Shown here piece after piece: positions 5,740 to 14,442 of a stretch of 55,322 nucleotides of DNA. Under the pieces are notes generated by a model, which made no database searches, was not told the DNA's origin, and saw only the letters and a program-made list of their open reading frames with translations. Each line of letters begins with the position of its first letter. The stretch's first letter is position 1. The translations under genes and the position numbers were made by a program. Origin of the DNA: a virus (Duplodnaviria; Caudoviricetes); the IMG/VR virus record IMGVR_UViG_3300037584_004943, positions 1 to 55,322 of that record. One strand, given 5' to 3'.

Positions 5740-6126
5740 ATGGCATTCAAGATGAAAGGTTTCTCTGGTTTTAAAAATAAAGACGGAGATAAAGTAAAAG
5801 TAACTGAGGCAGAATTAACAAAGCCTCGTGGATACGACCCTAGTAAAACAGGTGAGGAAAAGTATCCAGAAGTAAAAACTGTAACAGAAAAATCTCTTAA
5901 GCCTGGTTGGACACAAAAAGGCAATAACTACTTTTTTAAAGGCGATCTTGTTTCTAACCCTAACATGAGTGATGTTTTCTCAAGAAAACCAGTTAAAGCA
6001 TTACACAGAGGTGGTGAGGGTGTGTCAAGTAAAGACAGAGAGCGTTTAGGAGGAGCTGGCAGTCCAAAAGCAAACTACATGAAAGGCTATGCTAAGCCAG
6101 GAAGTAAGAAAAGAAAGAAAAAATAA
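5740..6126 (+). CDS. basic protein with MAFKMKGFSGFK N-terminus
   Basis: ORF track. Confidence 0.75.
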   Translation: MAFKMKGFSGFKNKDGDKVKVTEAELTKPRGYDPSKTGEEKYPEVKTVTEKSLKPGWTQKGNNYFFKGDLVSNPNMSDVFSRKPVKALHRGGEGVSSKDRERLGGAGSPKANYMKGYAKPGSKKRKKK

Positions 6127-6176
6127 ATATCGGAAACACCGATTTTAACCACGTTATTAACCTAAAACCAATTATT

Positions 6177-6473
6177 ATGACGTATTTGTATTACAAAACA
6201 AGTTCGTGGACCGGAAATCCACAAGTAAACGAAAAAACCAAAGAGCAGTGGGTGCATCTTGCAGACAAAAAGAACTGGAGGATCACTCAACTGCCAAATG
6301 GTTACTACCAAACAGAAGTCTCTAGACCTGATAACGAGGGTGAATGGGCGGATGTTACACGTAGAGAAACCTTAGAGGGTGCAGAACAGGCGATCGATGG
6401 ATCAATTGAGCACTTTACTAAGAAATTAGAGGCTACGAAGGGGCCTAAAGTTGTAAAAACCTTCAACAAATAA
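6177..6473 (+). CDS. hypothetical protein upstream of groEL
   Basis: 98-aa ORF with typical leader. Confidence 0.75.
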   Translation: MTYLYYKTSSWTGNPQVNEKTKEQWVHLADKKNWRITQLPNGYYQTEVSRPDNEGEWADVTRRETLEGAEQAIDGSIEHFTKKLEATKGPKVVKTFNK

Positions 6474-6499
6474 GCAATATTTTAATTTAATTTACTATA

Positions 6500-8071
6500 A
6501 TGGAATACAATCTCCCTAGCGAGATCGTCAAAGAGCTTAATTTTGGCGATGAAGCTAAAAATAGAATTATTGCTGGCGTAGACAAGTTAGCAAAAGCAGT
6601 AAAATCAACACTAGGAGCATCTGGAAAGTGCGTTATCTACGAAGACGCGCGAGGAAACCCTGTAATTACCAAAGATGGTGTTACAGTTGCTCAATCAGTA
6701 GTGTTGCTTGACCCAGTAGAAAACTTAGGAGCAACTCTTATTAAAGAAGCTGCGCAAAACACAGTGAAAGAAGCAGGTGATGGTACCACTACGGCTACCG
6801 TCCTTGCTGAAGCACTGTTGAAAGAAGTTAATAATGAAAACTGGAAAGATGCCTCTATAAGAGAAATTAAAGAAGGCATATACTCCGGCCTTAAAAAGAT
6901 TAACGAATATCTTGACGGCAAAGCTATTAAAGTTGAAGGAGACATGCTTAAAAGTGTATCTGCTATCTCATGCAATAATGATGAACTATTAGGATCGATT
7001 ATCGCTGAAGCTTACGATAAAGTAGGTAAAGACGGCGTGGTATTGATGGAAACATCTGAAACTGAAGAAACCTACGTTGAATTAGTAGATGGCGTTCAAA
7101 TAGATTGTGGATTAACTTCTCCACATTTCGTTACAAACACAGAGAAACATAAATGTGAACTAGAAAATCCTTTAGTTCTTATAGTATCCTCTGAAATCCC
7201 TAACATACGTAAAATCCAAACAATATTAGAACATGTTATCAAACAAGGTAGAGCCTTACTTATTGTAGCACCTGTTGCTCAGCAAGTAAAATCTGCGTTA
7301 CTTATGAATAAAGTAAAAGGTAACATTAAGGTTAACATTGTTGATCTACCAGGCTTTGGACCTACTAAGAAGGACTGTACTGAAGATTTAGCTATATTAA
7401 CCGGTGCTACTGTAATAAATGAAGAGCTAGGTGATGATTTAGATCTTATTAGCGTTGATCATTTAGGAGAAGCTGAGTTTGCTACTACAGATGATAAGAG
7501 CACTGTTATAACGCTAGAAGAGATGAACGAAGATATTGAAGAGCGTATTGATGAGGTAGTCAAGAAGATCGCTGATGAAAAGAACGGGTTTTTAAAGAAA
7601 AAGCTAGAGTCTAGATTAGCCATGCTATCTGGTAGCGTTGGCATCATTAGAGTTGGCGCTGATTCTAAAGTAGAGCTTAAAGAAAAGAAAGATCGCGTTG
7701 AAGACGCTATATATGCAACAAAAGCGGCACTGAAAGAAGGCATTGTTCCCGGCGGTGGTGTAGCGTTGTTAAACGCCTCTCAAAAAATTTCGACCGACAA
7801 CGTCGGCGAAGAGATTCTTCTAAAAGCTATTAGAACTCCTTTCGACACTATATTAGCAAATGCTGGTATAGAAGTTATGGATGGAACTGTAGATCATGAA
7901 GGTTATGGTAAAGATGCTATAACTGGAGAAAGAATTGATATGATCAAATCAGGCATCGTAGATCCCGTACTTGTTACCAAGTCGGCGCTGAAAAACGCGG
8001 TGAGCGTGGTATCAACCATCATCTCTGCAGATTGTGTAATTTCAAACATCCGAGTAAATGAAGGCAGTTAA
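6500..8071 (+). CDS. groEL: phage chaperonin GroEL
   Basis: ITKDGVTVA, AGDGTTTATVLA, KEKKDRVEDA, EGIVPGGG motifs; no C-terminal GGM tail. Confidence 0.97.
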   Translation: MEYNLPSEIVKELNFGDEAKNRIIAGVDKLAKAVKSTLGASGKCVIYEDARGNPVITKDGVTVAQSVVLLDPVENLGATLIKEAAQNTVKEAGDGTTTATVLAEALLKEVNNENWKDASIREIKEGIYSGLKKINEYLDGKAIKVEGDMLKSVSAISCNNDELLGSIIAEAYDKVGKDGVVLMETSETEETYVELVDGVQIDCGLTSPHFVTNTEKHKCELENPLVLIVSSEIPNIRKIQTILEHVIKQGRALLIVAPVAQQVKSALLMNKVKGNIKVNIVDLPGFGPTKKDCTEDLAILTGATVINEELGDDLDLISVDHLGEAEFATTDDKSTVITLEEMNEDIEERIDEVVKKIADEKNGFLKKKLESRLAMLSGSVGIIRVGADSKVELKEKKDRVEDAIYATKAALKEGIVPGGGVALLNASQKISTDNVGEEILLKAIRTPFDTILANAGIEVMDGTVDHEGYGKDAITGERIDMIKSGIVDPVLVTKSALKNAVSVVSTIISADCVISNIRVNEGS

Positions 8072-8315
8072 CGATTATATAGTTGTAAATAAAGAAAAGG
8101 TTGGGCCTAAGAAAATAGGTGGTTTAATATTAACAGAAGATCTAGACGAAGAAAACAGATATATTAAAGCTACCATAGTTTCAACTGGTAACTTAGTGCA
8201 AGGATTAAAGGATGGTGATATAGTCTATTACGATAAGCATGCTGGACATGGTATTACCTGGAAAGATACGATGTACCAAGTGATAAGAGGTCGCGATGTA
8301 GTTTTAGTAGAATAG
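8058..8315 (+). CDS. groES: co-chaperonin GroES
   Basis: 85 aa; GGLIL mobile loop, ATIVSTG, LKDGDIVYY.K; adjacent to groEL. Confidence 0.9.
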   Translation: MKAVNDYIVVNKEKVGPKKIGGLILTEDLDEENRYIKATIVSTGNLVQGLKDGDIVYYDKHAGHGITWKDTMYQVIRGRDVVLVE

Positions 8316-8424
8316 ATTTATTACGTGTAATTACTACTATGTAGATTAAACATAAACCATAATCCACAAACTTTAAACATAAAATCTAAAACAAATTATT
8401 TATTAATCATTAAAAATTACAATT

Positions 8425-8736
8425 ATGAGAATTTTACATTTCGTAGATACTGCAGGTACTGATGAAACTTTTGTTCCAGCAAGCGCTATCACAATGATTC
8501 AAGTTACTGATAACGCTAGTGTTATTGTTGGCTTTAAAAGTGCAGATCCTGCTGTTACAGCTAATGATCAAGTTGATTTAACTTGTACTGCTGGTAAGTC
8601 TGATGAAGTTGCTTTATTTTTAGCACAAACAATGGCTCCTGGCAATGTAGGTCATGGCAATGTAGTTACTGTTAAGGCTGGCGGAACAAACGCTTTTGCT
8701 GATGTTACTACTGTAGCTTACACCGCTGGTTCTTAA
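8425..8736 (+). CDS. hypothetical protein, possible small virion protein
   Basis: A/T/G/V-rich beta-type composition. Confidence 0.65.
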   Translation: MRILHFVDTAGTDETFVPASAITMIQVTDNASVIVGFKSADPAVTANDQVDLTCTAGKSDEVALFLAQTMAPGNVGHGNVVTVKAGGTNAFADVTTVAYTAGS

Positions 8737-8742
8737 TCTTGA

Positions 8743-9183
8743 ATGAGATTAACTAGTCACGATTTACGTGAATTACAAATCCTTAAGTATTACAGGCTCA
8801 CTAGAAAGTGGGCTTGTAAGACTTACGGGTTAAAAGACGCAGACTTAGAGTTACTAATCTATTTAGACTGTAAGAAGCGTTTTACAAGACAAGAATTTAT
8901 AGACGGAACTTACACATACTCTTGGGATAAAGAGAGATGGGAGCGTCTTAGAAAAGAAGGCTGGATAGAGGTTTGGAGACATAGAAATCGCACGACGATA
9001 AAATATAGCGTATATAAAACTTCATTTAAGTGCAGCCAATTAATAAGTAGAATATATAGAATACTACTAGGTGAGGAAGACTTACCTACTTCATCGAGAA
9101 GTAAATTCTATAATAACGAATCATATACTGACAAGGTTTACAACAAAGCTATTGATGATATGATTAAAGATCCAGATAGGTAA
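8743..9183 (+). CDS. putative winged-helix DNA-binding protein
   Basis: GLKDADLELLIYL...ERLRKEGWIEV...Y pattern resembles MarR-type wHTH. Confidence 0.55.
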   Translation: MRLTSHDLRELQILKYYRLTRKWACKTYGLKDADLELLIYLDCKKRFTRQEFIDGTYTYSWDKERWERLRKEGWIEVWRHRNRTTIKYSVYKTSFKCSQLISRIYRILLGEEDLPTSSRSKFYNNESYTDKVYNKAIDDMIKDPDR

Positions 9184-9578
9184 TGGCGTTTAAACTAGGT
9201 TCAAATAAAGGGTTGCAGGCTGAAGGTGGTAATATCAAAAGTAAGTTTAAATTTAAAACTGAACAAGAGGTTATACCTGGAACACCTGTATTTAGAAAGA
9301 AGCTAGGCGATGGTATTTTAGCTGAGGCTAATATGGATGGATCTATTTACGTAAGCAAAGACTTAAGCTTAGATGATCCAATGCTACATCAAACCATGAG
9401 GCATGAAATGCAACACATAACAGCTATGAAGCTTGGTACAGAAACTTATGATGATAATGCTGTTTATTACAAAGGCGAAACGTGGTTAAGAGAGGATGGG
9501 TTTATAATAAACCCTCACAATGGTGAAAAACTAATAGAAGGAGATAAACGACTTCCTTGGGAAGCAAACAAAATTTAG
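9183..9578 (+). CDS. putative zincin metallopeptidase with MAFKL N-terminus
   Basis: HEMQH (HExxH) preceded by a GSIYV strand; downstream PWE. Confidence 0.65.
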   Translation: MAFKLGSNKGLQAEGGNIKSKFKFKTEQEVIPGTPVFRKKLGDGILAEANMDGSIYVSKDLSLDDPMLHQTMRHEMQHITAMKLGTETYDDNAVYYKGETWLREDGFIINPHNGEKLIEGDKRLPWEANKI

Positions 9579-9581
9579 ATC

Positions 9582-9767
9582 ATGGCATTTAAGCAAAAAA
9601 AATTCTCAGGGTTTAAGCCACCTCAAGAGAAAAAACAAAACAAAATGATAGATAAAGGTGGTCCAGTATCCCCATCTCGCACAGGCATGACCTACGTTCA
9701 TAAGTACGATGATGATGGTAAATTACTACCTGGTTATCCTAAGTGGGTTAAAAAAACAAAAAAATAA
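9582..9767 (+). CDS. small basic protein (MAFKQKKFSGFK)
   Basis: N-terminus nearly identical to that of 5740..6126. Confidence 0.7.
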   Translation: MAFKQKKFSGFKPPQEKKQNKMIDKGGPVSPSRTGMTYVHKYDDDGKLLPGYPKWVKKTKK

Positions 9768-9988
9768 TGTGGAGTTTATTTAAAGATAAAAACGAGATTA
9801 ACGAAAAGAACGTGGTAGGCTTTTCTTCATTTGTAGTAATGTGTTTATTTGCTATTGCAGATTTAGTTACTAGTTTTATATTCGTTAATGGTACATTAGT
9901 AATAAACGAAGTTATATACAATTCATTCGTATGGGTAACGTTAGGATGTTTTGGAATTAGTTCGTTTGAAAAAGTAAAATCGAAATAA
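9767..9988 (+). CDS. two-TM membrane protein (holin-like)
   Basis: Two hydrophobic segments, charged termini. Confidence 0.65.
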   Translation: MWSLFKDKNEINEKNVVGFSSFVVMCLFAIADLVTSFIFVNGTLVINEVIYNSFVWVTLGCFGISSFEKVKSK

Positions 9989-9989
9989 T

Positions 9990-10118
9990 ATGCCTACTAA
10001 GAAATTCAAACCTCACATGATGTATAAAGGCAAAAGCGCTATTATGGCTAAAACTTACCAAAAACATCTAGAGCTTAAAAAGAAAGGTTATGGTCACACT
10101 AAACCTAAATCTAAATGA
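9990..10118 (+). CDS. 42-aa basic protein (not in ORF track)
   Basis: MPTKKFKPHMMYKGKSAIMAKTYQKHLELKKKGYGHTKPKSK*; ATGA overlap with next gene. Confidence 0.65.
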   Translation: MPTKKFKPHMMYKGKSAIMAKTYQKHLELKKKGYGHTKPKSK

Positions 10119-10507
10119 GTATATTAAATAAAATATTCTCTGCTGGAGCGGGTGATCTTGTAAAAAACGTAGGTGGAGTTTTAGATAACTTAACCACTAC
10201 TAAAGAAGAGAAGCTAGAAGCAGAGAGAAAAATAAAAGAATTAATCGCTAACTACGAAGTTGAGATGGAAAAGAACATCACATCTCGTTGGGAAGCAGAT
10301 TTAAAGTCAGATTCATGGCTTAGCAAGAATGTACGTCCAATGACGTTAATATTCTTAATAGTATGCACGATGCTATTAATATTTATTGATGCTGGTGCAA
10401 TTAACTTTAATGTGAAGGACTCGTACGTAGACCTTCTTCAACTAGTATTAATAACAGTGATCGGAGCTTATTTTGGCGGACGCTCACTAGAAAAAGTAAA
10501 AAAATAA
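10115..10507 (+). CDS. holin (3TM, GTA-holin-like)
   Basis: RW.AD..SDSWLSKNVRP, TM segments, AYFGGRS.EK. Confidence 0.8.
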   Translation: MSILNKIFSAGAGDLVKNVGGVLDNLTTTKEEKLEAERKIKELIANYEVEMEKNITSRWEADLKSDSWLSKNVRPMTLIFLIVCTMLLIFIDAGAINFNVKDSYVDLLQLVLITVIGAYFGGRSLEKVKK

Positions 10508-10511
10508 AATT

Positions 10512-10880
10512 ATGGCAATATCACAGGATACAGCTTATGGCTTTGGTCAATTAGGATCTGCATTTAATGACGGAACAGCAGCTATGACACCTCCAACTGG
10601 CAAGGTGTTTGTAGCTATAACTTTTTTAGCTGACACTACATTTGACGCTAGTGGAGGCTTGATAGCAGACACAGCTCATACAGCTACTGAAGGTTTAGAA
10701 TACGTAGGTACTGAGGCAGCTGCTCACAATCTAGCGGTAGCATCTGAAACAGCTATCAGTGGTGGTGGCGGTCTACAAATAGACGCTTCAAACACATTTC
10801 CACAAGGAGTTACCATTTACGGTAGATGGACAGAGATTGATCCAGCGTCTGGAATGTTAATAGCTTATATAGGAGAATAA
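10512..10880 (+). CDS. putative small virion protein
   Basis: G/A/T-rich; C-terminal P.G.TIYGRWT.I...SG..IAY. Confidence 0.6.
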   Translation: MAISQDTAYGFGQLGSAFNDGTAAMTPPTGKVFVAITFLADTTFDASGGLIADTAHTATEGLEYVGTEAAAHNLAVASETAISGGGGLQIDASNTFPQGVTIYGRWTEIDPASGMLIAYIGE

Positions 10881-10909
10881 AAATAAATCAAATTAAATTA
10901 AATTAAATT

Positions 10910-11203
10910 ATGGCAAAAAGAAAGACCCCGAAGACGGTGGACTTAAAACCCCGTGCGGAAAAAATTACAGATCAGCAATTAGAAAGACTTCAAAGAACCG
11001 TTAGCGGTATCAATAGAGTTAAGTCTGAACTAGGAACTATAGAGGTTCAAAAGCATAGTTTGTTACACACTGTTAACGATCTACAAGCTGTGCTACAGGA
11101 ACTTCAGCAAGAGTTTATGAACGATTACGAAACTACAGACATAAACATTCAAGATGGTTCTATAAAGTATAAAGAAGATGGCAAAGCTGATAAGAAAGAT
11201 TAG
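10910..11203 (+). CDS. coiled-coil hypothetical protein
   Basis: Heptad-rich helical sequence. Confidence 0.7.
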   Translation: MAKRKTPKTVDLKPRAEKITDQQLERLQRTVSGINRVKSELGTIEVQKHSLLHTVNDLQAVLQELQQEFMNDYETTDINIQDGSIKYKEDGKADKKD

Positions 11204-11399
11204 TGTAGGTAAAGATTATAAAAATGACGCCATGCACTACGCTGTTGGACAGGAAGTGTATGGTGGTCATACTATCTGCGATATAATAGAGGAAAAAGAT
11301 AAGTACTCTATATATATTAGAAAAAACAAAAATGTTATTCCTTGGAAGGACTTTAATAAAAACATGGCTGTATCTGTTGAATATAATCTAGAGTATTAA
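11178..11399 (+). CDS. hypothetical protein in packaging cluster
   Basis: 73-aa ORF coupled (TAATG) to the next gene. Confidence 0.75.
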   Translation: MAKLIRKISVGKDYKNDAMHYAVGQEVYGGHTICDIIEEKDKYSIYIRKNKNVIPWKDFNKNMAVSVEYNLEY

Positions 11400-11980
11400 T
11401 GAGAAGTATACATAATTTTGTAATTGAGCCTGATGGTGAAAGATACAATAACACTGTAGACGTCGATGGATCTAGCCTAATATTAAACACGGAGGTTTAC
11501 AATCACCAATATGTAAACAGAGAAGCCAAAGTTATAAGTACTCCAAGAGTTAACAAAACTAATATACAAGACTTAGACTCTGTGCTTGTGCATCACAACG
11601 TGTTTAGAAGATGGCATGATGTAAAAGGTAGAGAAAAAAATAGTAGAAGTTATCTAGGCGATAATAGATATATAGTATCAGAAGATCAAATATTTCTATA
11701 CAAAAGAAACAACGATTGGAGATGCTTACCAGGCTACTGTTTTGTTCAACCGTTAAAAGCGGTAGACAACTTCAACACAGAATCAGAAAGACCTTTGATA
11801 GGTATTGTTAAATACTCAGATGGACTAGTAGACGTGGGAGATTTAGTAGGATTTGATCCTGTCTCTACGTACGAGTTCGTTGTTGATGGGGTTAGACTTT
11901 ACCGAGCATTATCCAAATTTATTACAATTAAATATGAGTATCAAGGAAACGAAGAAGCGTATAATCCTAGCTGGGCGTAA
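11399..11980 (+). CDS. protein with two tandem GroES-like halves
   Basis: Half 1 FVIEP...SLIL...AKVISTP...DSVLVHH; half 2 LPGYCFVQP...GIVKY...VDVGDLVGF...VDG..LY. Confidence 0.5.
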   Translation: MRSIHNFVIEPDGERYNNTVDVDGSSLILNTEVYNHQYVNREAKVISTPRVNKTNIQDLDSVLVHHNVFRRWHDVKGREKNSRSYLGDNRYIVSEDQIFLYKRNNDWRCLPGYCFVQPLKAVDNFNTESERPLIGIVKYSDGLVDVGDLVGFDPVSTYEFVVDGVRLYRALSKFITIKYEYQGNEEAYNPSWA

Positions 11981-12212
11981 AGCAGTTGATGAGTTAATTA
12001 AAGTTGCTCAAGAGCAAATCATTACTAATACTGAAGATGATGTGTCTGCTGATAGACTGAAGAACGCTGCTGCTACTAAAAAACTAGCTATATTTGATGC
12101 ATTTGAAATCCTCAACCGTATACAAGAAGAAGAAAATATTTTGGAAGGAAAGACACAAGAAGAAAAAAAGGAACGAGTATTTAAGGGCTTCGCGGAAGGC
12201 AGATCAAAGTAA
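11934..12212 (+). CDS. putative terminase small subunit (start reassigned to MSIKETK)
   Basis: Small helical protein immediately upstream of the large terminase. Confidence 0.45.
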   Translation: MSIKETKKRIILAGRKAVDELIKVAQEQIITNTEDDVSADRLKNAAATKKLAIFDAFEILNRIQEEENILEGKTQEEKKERVFKGFAEGRSK

Positions 12213-12223
12213 TAGCGTTTTTG

Positions 12224-14440
12224 ATGTACGAACAAACATTATATAAAATAGTTGAACCAGTTAAGAAGACTACAATAAGTCGACTTAACAAAAAGCGTAA
12301 ATGGGAGTATGGATACAATAAAGAACATGATATTGTGGTTATCAGCAAAACTGGTAAAATTGGACAAATATATGAAATCCAAGGCTTGCAGATTGGCTTG
12401 CCGTTGGAACCACTGCGAGTGCGCTTGCCTGACGCAGAGAAATGGCAAAAGCTAGAATATCCAAAAGAGCTAAGTAAGCTTAAAAATATATTTGACTGGA
12501 GAAACTATCCTGAAGAGCAAAAGGATAATTGGTATGATTTTATTGATGAAGAGTTTAAATATAGAGATGAAGGCTATTGGTTTAATAATAACGGTGAACC
12601 TACATATATAACAGGTAGTCATTACATGTATTTACAATGGAGTAAGATTGATGTTGGAGCTCCAGACTTTCGTGAAGCAAATAGGTTGTTCTTTATATTT
12701 TGGGAGGCGTGTAAAGCGGATAAAAGATGCTACGGTATGTGCTATTTAAAAAACAGACGTTCTGGTTTTTCTTTTATGTCTAGCGCAGAAACAGTTAACT
12801 TAGCTACTATATCGAGTGACTCTAGATATGGAATACTATCAAAAAGTGGTGCAGATGCTAAGAAAATGTTTACCGACAAAGTTGTTCCAATATCTATCAA
12901 CTATCCGTTTTTCTTTAAACCGATACAAGATGGTATGGACAGACCTAAAAGTGAACTTGCTTATAGGGTTCCTGCAAGTAAGTTTACGCGTAGGAAAATT
13001 ACTGCAAACGAAAAGCAGGAAGAGCTGGTTGGACTTGACACTACTATTGATTGGAAAAACACAGGTGATAACAGTTATGACGGTGAAAAGCTTAACTTGT
13101 TAGTTCACGATGAAAGTGGTAAGTGGGAAAGACCTGATAATATTTTAAACAACTGGCGAGTTACTAAAACTTGTTTAAGGTTAGGTAGCAGGATTATAGG
13201 TAAGTGTATGATGGGATCAACGAGTAATGCTCTTGATAAAGGTGGAGATAATTTTAAGAAGTTGTATAACGACAGTGATGTCACGAAAAGAAATAGAAAT
13301 GGTCAAACACGCTCTGGTTTATATTCTTTGTTTATCCCAATGGAATGGAACTATGAGGGATTTATTGATGAGTTTGGACGACCAGTTTTCGATACCCCAA
13401 CACGAGAGTGTTATGGACCCGACGGTGAATTAATAGACGTTGGCGTAATAGAGAACTGGGATAATGAAGCTGATGGATTAAGAGATGACCAAGACGCACT
13501 AAACGAATTTTATCGACAGTTTCCAAGAACTGAAGAGCATGCGTTTAGAGATGAAACAAAGAACAGCTTGTTTAATCTTGTTAAGATATACGAGCAAATA
13601 GATTATAATGAAGGCAATAGAAACTCTTCAGTGTTAAACGTAGGAAACTTTCAATGGGCTAATGGAGTAAAAGACACGCAAGTTATATTTACACCAGATC
13701 CAAATGGAAGATTTAAAATAAGTTGGGCACCGCCTGCCAACCTACAAAATAGAGTTATATTAAAAAATGGAGTTAGATACCCAGGTAACGAGCACATGGG
13801 CGCTTTTGGTTGCGACAGTTATGATATTAGTGGTACCGTAGATGGTAAAGGATCTAAAGGATCATTACATGGATTAACTAAGTTTAGTATGGAAGATGCT
13901 CCTGCTAATACGTTCTTTTTAGAATATTTAGCTAGACCACAAACCGCAGAGATATTTTTTGAAGATGTATTAATGGCATTAGTATTTTACGGTATGCCAA
14001 TACTAGCAGAAAATAATAAACCAAGATTGCTTTACTATTTAAGACGTAGAGGTTACAGAGGTTTTAGCATGAATAGACCAGATAAAGTTTGGAATAAGTT
14101 ATCTACAGCTGAAAGAGAAGTTGGAGGTATACCAAACTCAAGCGAAGACATTAAGCAAGCTCACGCAGCTGCTATTGAAATGTATATTAATGACCATGTT
14201 GGTTTATTACAAGATGGTACTTATGGAACGCTATACTTCGATGATTTGTTAAATGATTGGAGTAAGTTTGACATAAACAAAAGAACTAAGTTTGATGCCT
14301 CGATAAGTTCTGGTTTAGCTATAATGGCTTGTAACAGACACTTGTATGCACCAAACCAAAAAGTACAAAAACCTAAATTAAATTTAAGTATTGCTAGATA
14401 TAAAAACACTGGTAGTACTTCACAGATAATTAAACATTAA
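12224..14440 (+). CDS. terL: terminase large subunit
   Basis: Walker A-like LKNRRSGFS, Walker B LLVHDE, GSTSN coupling motif, nuclease FGCD...ENN...FD; upstream of portal. Confidence 0.9.
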   Translation: MYEQTLYKIVEPVKKTTISRLNKKRKWEYGYNKEHDIVVISKTGKIGQIYEIQGLQIGLPLEPLRVRLPDAEKWQKLEYPKELSKLKNIFDWRNYPEEQKDNWYDFIDEEFKYRDEGYWFNNNGEPTYITGSHYMYLQWSKIDVGAPDFREANRLFFIFWEACKADKRCYGMCYLKNRRSGFSFMSSAETVNLATISSDSRYGILSKSGADAKKMFTDKVVPISINYPFFFKPIQDGMDRPKSELAYRVPASKFTRRKITANEKQEELVGLDTTIDWKNTGDNSYDGEKLNLLVHDESGKWERPDNILNNWRVTKTCLRLGSRIIGKCMMGSTSNALDKGGDNFKKLYNDSDVTKRNRNGQTRSGLYSLFIPMEWNYEGFIDEFGRPVFDTPTRECYGPDGELIDVGVIENWDNEADGLRDDQDALNEFYRQFPRTEEHAFRDETKNSLFNLVKIYEQIDYNEGNRNSSVLNVGNFQWANGVKDTQVIFTPDPNGRFKISWAPPANLQNRVILKNGVRYPGNEHMGAFGCDSYDISGTVDGKGSKGSLHGLTKFSMEDAPANTFFLEYLARPQTAEIFFEDVLMALVFYGMPILAENNKPRLLYYLRRRGYRGFSMNRPDKVWNKLSTAEREVGGIPNSSEDIKQAHAAAIEMYINDHVGLLQDGTYGTLYFDDLLNDWSKFDINKRTKFDASISSGLAIMACNRHLYAPNQKVQKPKLNLSIARYKNTGSTSQIIKH

Positions 14441-14442
14441 AT

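Noticed and set aside
6129-6147. Hairpin ATCGG-AAACA-CCGAT as a terminator
   Set aside because: Only a 5-bp stem with a short T run; too weak to call
10885-10909. AAATT tandem repeat as iterons
   Set aside because: Short low-complexity AT leader directly before an ATG, similar to other leaders in this genome
12224-14440. Intron/intein or inactivated Walker A in terminase
   Set aside because: The ORF is continuous with no splicing motifs; the RRSGFS variant sits in otherwise intact ATPase and nuclease motifs
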